Assembly: GCA_964492615.1 (NCBI GenBank) | Contig: CAZBKZ010000001.1 | Coordinates: 33,354-97,353, forward strand | Direction: 5' to 3' | Source: an uncultured Syntrophomonadaceae bacterium | Lineage (GTDB): Bacteria > Bacillota > Dethiobacteria > DTU022 | DNA length: 64,000 nt | In this document: in pieces, positions 61,396 through 64,000 of the stretch | Layout: each line of letters opens with the position of its first letter | Numbering within the stretch: position 1 is the first letter of the stretch | Made by a program: the position numbers and the translations under genes | The notes under the pieces: model-generated | Seen by the model: the letters and a program-made list of their open reading frames with translations, nothing else | What the model was told of the DNA's origin: nothing | Database searches by the model: none

Positions 61396-64000
61396 CTGCT
61401 CCGGTAATAGACGCGATCATTTCCTGGGCTTCACTAAAGTTAGGATCCCCTTCGCCCACTCGTTCAAGGTATTTTAATGCTTCATTGTTATCACCGTTCA
61501 AGTAAGCCGCACGCCCTATAACGTAAGCAATAGACCTTGCATTCCCATAATTGGACTGCATCTTTGTTTCAATATCATACAACTCTTTGTAATATTCCAT
61601 CGCCGGGCCCGGCAGATCATTCTGAACATAATATTCGATCAAACTTAGCCTGGACCAGGCTGGCTGCTGATAACCGCTTAAGTAATGAGGACGCAGATCC
61701 ATGAGACGGTCAATATAATTCAGCCCTTCCCTGGTATCGACATAATTAAGCAGCATTGTTCCATAACGGGCCAGGTAGTTGGGGTTATAAGGTTCCAACT
61801 CATAAGCTCTTTCTGCCAGATCAAGCATTTTGTTAAGTTCACTCTGGCTTTGCATTCTTACTGCCTGTCCTTCAATCAGAACGTTATAGTTATGATAGTT
61901 TTCAGCCCGGTACGGATCAAGGGCTATCGCTTTCTCAATCTCAGTCAGAGCCTGCTTGATATTACCGCCCTCGAAAAGTTCCTGCGAGCGCCATGTTGTT
62001 TGCAAACCGTTATAAAGAATAAGGGTGTAGGTAAAAAGGGATAGACCGAAAACAACTCCCAGTAAACCGGGAAGTAAACTTCTAAAGGCTCCTTCGTTAA
62101 TTTCATTTACACTAATATCCTGCTTGTCATTAAAATAAAGGCTCCTGCCGGCACCAAGCAGGGCAAACAAGAATATACCCACAGCGGCCATGGAAAAATT
62201 CCAATCTATAGCGCTGTGTGCTCCAAGAGCGGCAACAGGCATAAAAACAGCCGTCCAGTAGTGCCACCTGGACGGCGGCGCTTTCATTATAAAACATTTT
62301 TTGAGGAAAGCAAGAGTAAAACTAACCCAAATTCCTACAAAGGCAAGAAACCCAATTATGCCTGCTTCAATCCATACCTGTAGATAATGGTTATGCACTT
62401 CCCGGGAATCATAGGGCTGATCCTGGTAACTTTTGTATACGGCAGCCCAACCTCCTCCTCCCAAGCCAAAGAGGGGGTAATCTTTGATTACTTTTACCGC
62501 ATCGGAAAATAGTTCAAAACGCCGGTCCATATTGCGATCGCGGGATAATGAAAAAATTCGATCATAAAAACGGTCAGGTAAAATTCTGCTCCAGGTAAAA
62601 TTCAACCTTCTGCTGCTGTCAACTGAAATTAACTGTACTGAACGTACGGCAACCATGGTTCCTGGATAACGGTTAAACACTTCCACCGAAAGCCTGTCTG
62701 TTTGCGGACCGGTCTCCAGATCAAAGGTAAAAGTGTCCCACCCGCTTGTGCTTTGGCCGTGGTGTTTCAACAGCTCTAAATTTCGATAACCGGGTATTTC
62801 TCCAAGAACCTGGACACCCCATACATAATCAGGAGGCCCGGACTCACGGTTTAAATCTATATCGGCTTTAACATCTAAGATCAGTTGATACTGCTCTTCA
62901 GGCCTGATGTTATTTATCATCTGCTTTAGTGATTGCAGCTGCTCAGGCTCACCGGATTTTGTCTCCAGGCTTGTCGGAGCCAACAGAGGAACAATCACAA
63001 AAACAACTAAAACAACTACTATCACTGCTGTAAAAACTACAAAAATCGCTTTTTTATGCCTGCCTTCCAGGGAAAGAATATACTCTGCTGCTAACCCTAA
63101 AAACAGAGCAGCAACCAGCGCAAGCATTATGGGCAACCAGGCCATTGCCGGTGTGTCTGAGCGAAATATGGGATCGATCCAAAAAGCTACCGGAAGAGCC
63201 GGAATAATAGAAGCTGCCATGTAGAGAACTGCACGCAACCGGTTACCAGGGGGAGAGGCAAACACCATCAACACTGCCAGAGGTGGCAGCAGGAGCCAGG
63301 CCCCTCGTGAAAACGTAAGAATCACGGTGATTAGCATCAGAACTGCAGGCACCAGGTAAACTATTTTAAGCATCTTCCTGGCAAGGGGCGCCAGAGCAAG
63401 AGTCAGGAAATAAGCTGCCATCAGGTAAGCTGCTGCTGTATTAGCATAACCCATCGGTGAGGCTATTCTGTTTGCTGCATACGCGCCAATGAAATCCCAG
63501 TGACCGGCTGCTACTCCCAGGCTGGCCACGGTAATCACCGTTGCAGCAACCAGGATGATGTGCAAAACCAGGTTCAATCCGGGCGGTAATTTTTCATTCT
63601 CTTTAAAGGTAGCGGTACTATCATTACCACCTCTTGTCCATGGAAAACGAAATGACCAGTGCCGGCAGATATCAAGAACTACCAGGTATACGGACAGGTA
63701 AGATGCTATTTTTAACAACTCTTCCAGGGCTTCGCGTTTATTAACGGCAAAGCCAAGGAAAGAAATCAGGTAACTGAGGAGAAGCAGCAGCAGGCAGATA
63801 TCCAGCGGTGATCCAATGAACCTGCTATCACTTTTTACAAACCGGAACAGGCCCCATATAAAAAGCAAACCGAAAATTATCATATTGGCAACCAGTAATT
63901 CGAGAGGGAAAAATAAACCACGGTAAAACGGACTTATTAACAGCAATAGAGAAACAATTATCAGCATCAGGGGTAAAAATATTTTAGAAACAGCCGCTGT
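61388..64000 (-). CDS. O-antigen-ligase-like (Wzy_C) polytopic membrane protein with C-terminal TPR repeats; the frame is open to the window edge
   Basis: ORF track 61388..63967 (859 aa). Many TM segments, the motif REVHNHYLQVWIEAGIIGFLAF, and a TPR-like C-terminal ~200 aa. The 11 codons upstream of ATG 63967 contain no stop and no RBS is visible, so the start may lie outside the window. Confidence 0.7.
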   Translation of the reverse strand, partial: TAAVSKIFLPLMLIIVSLLLLISPFYRGLFFPLELLVANMIIFGLLFIWGLFRFVKSDSRFIGSPLDICLLLLLLSYLISFLGFAVNKREALEELLKIASYLSVYLVVLDICRHWSFRFPWTRGGNDSTATFKENEKLPPGLNLVLHIILVAATVITVASLGVAAGHWDFIGAYAANRIASPMGYANTAAAYLMAAYFLTLALAPLARKMLKIVYLVPAVLMLITVILTFSRGAWLLLPPLAVLMVFASPPGNRLRAVLYMAASIIPALPVAFWIDPIFRSDTPAMAWLPIMLALVAALFLGLAAEYILSLEGRHKKAIFVVFTAVIVVVLVVFVIVPLLAPTSLETKSGEPEQLQSLKQMINNIRPEEQYQLILDVKADIDLNRESGPPDYVWGVQVLGEIPGYRNLELLKHHGQSTSGWDTFTFDLETGPQTDRLSVEVFNRYPGTMVAVRSVQLISVDSSRRLNFTWSRILPDRFYDRIFSLSRDRNMDRRFELFSDAVKVIKDYPLFGLGGGGWAAVYKSYQDQPYDSREVHNHYLQVWIEAGIIGFLAFVGIWVSFTLAFLKKCFIMKAPPSRWHYWTAVFMPVAALGAHSAIDWNFSMAAVGIFLFALLGAGRSLYFNDKQDISVNEINEGAFRSLLPGLLGVVFGLSLFTYTLILYNGLQTTWRSQELFEGGNIKQALTEIEKAIALDPYRAENYHNYNVLIEGQAVRMQSQSELNKMLDLAERAYELEPYNPNYLARYGTMLLNYVDTREGLNYIDRLMDLRPHYLSGYQQPAWSRLSLIEYYVQNDLPGPAMEYYKELYDIETKMQSNYGNARSIAYVIGRAAYLNGDNNEALKYLERVGEGDPNFSEAQEMIASITGAGE

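Overview
This 64-kb window looks like a chromosomal segment from an anaerobic Firmicutes/Clostridia-type genome. That placement is inference only, based on CodY, a CIRCE operator, LarBC, an Hdr/Flx cluster, a dockerin and GGAGG-type RBSs. I call about 60 protein genes, and only nine are on the plus strand. There are also three stand-alone tRNAs (Gly-UCC, Pro-UGG, Val-CAC). No CRISPR array, IS element, rRNA or prophage block was seen.

Gene content from left to right:
- Truncated 6PGDH-like gene, then a CIRCE-controlled hsp20.
- GlcD/GlcF-type 2-hydroxyacid (lactate/glycolate) dehydrogenase with a GPH/MFS transporter.
- PLP decarboxylase.
- rph-rdgB, lemA-htpX, murI, codY, larBC.
- A seven-gene hdrB-hdrC-hdrA-mvhD-flxC-flxB-flxA electron-bifurcation-type cluster.
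- GGDEF cyclase, TtcA-like PP-loop ATPase, an orphan MCP, and a B12-radical SAM protein.
- VanY-like peptidase and tkt.
- Two tandem SLC13/TrkA-C permeases.
- MATE transporter, CrtI-like oxidoreductase and SPL-type radical SAM protein.
- A c-di-GMP-I riboswitch in front of a secreted matrixin-like metalloprotease that carries a dockerin.
- Two TRAP transporter operons with sigma-54-type promoters, one fused to Fe-ADH/MBL/SDR genes.
- A Wzy-like/TPR membrane protein followed by msrA.

Most notable observations:
1. msrA is interrupted by a single in-frame TGA exactly at the catalytic Cys of GCFWG. A SECIS-like hairpin lies just downstream. This reads as a selenocysteine MsrA, and it also carries a signal/lipoprotein-like N-terminus.
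2. A GEMM-I riboswitch plus terminator controls the protease gene.
3. A perfect TGGCAC-N5-TTGCA promoter and a near-perfect second one sit upstream of the two TRAP operons. No enhancer-binding protein is present in the window.
4. larB has no canonical start codon for its conserved N-terminus.
5. Several short genes are missing from the ORF track: an FmdB zinc ribbon, a 56-aa Cys-rich peptide and a 40-aa membrane peptide.

All functional calls rest on motif recognition by eye. No searches were run.
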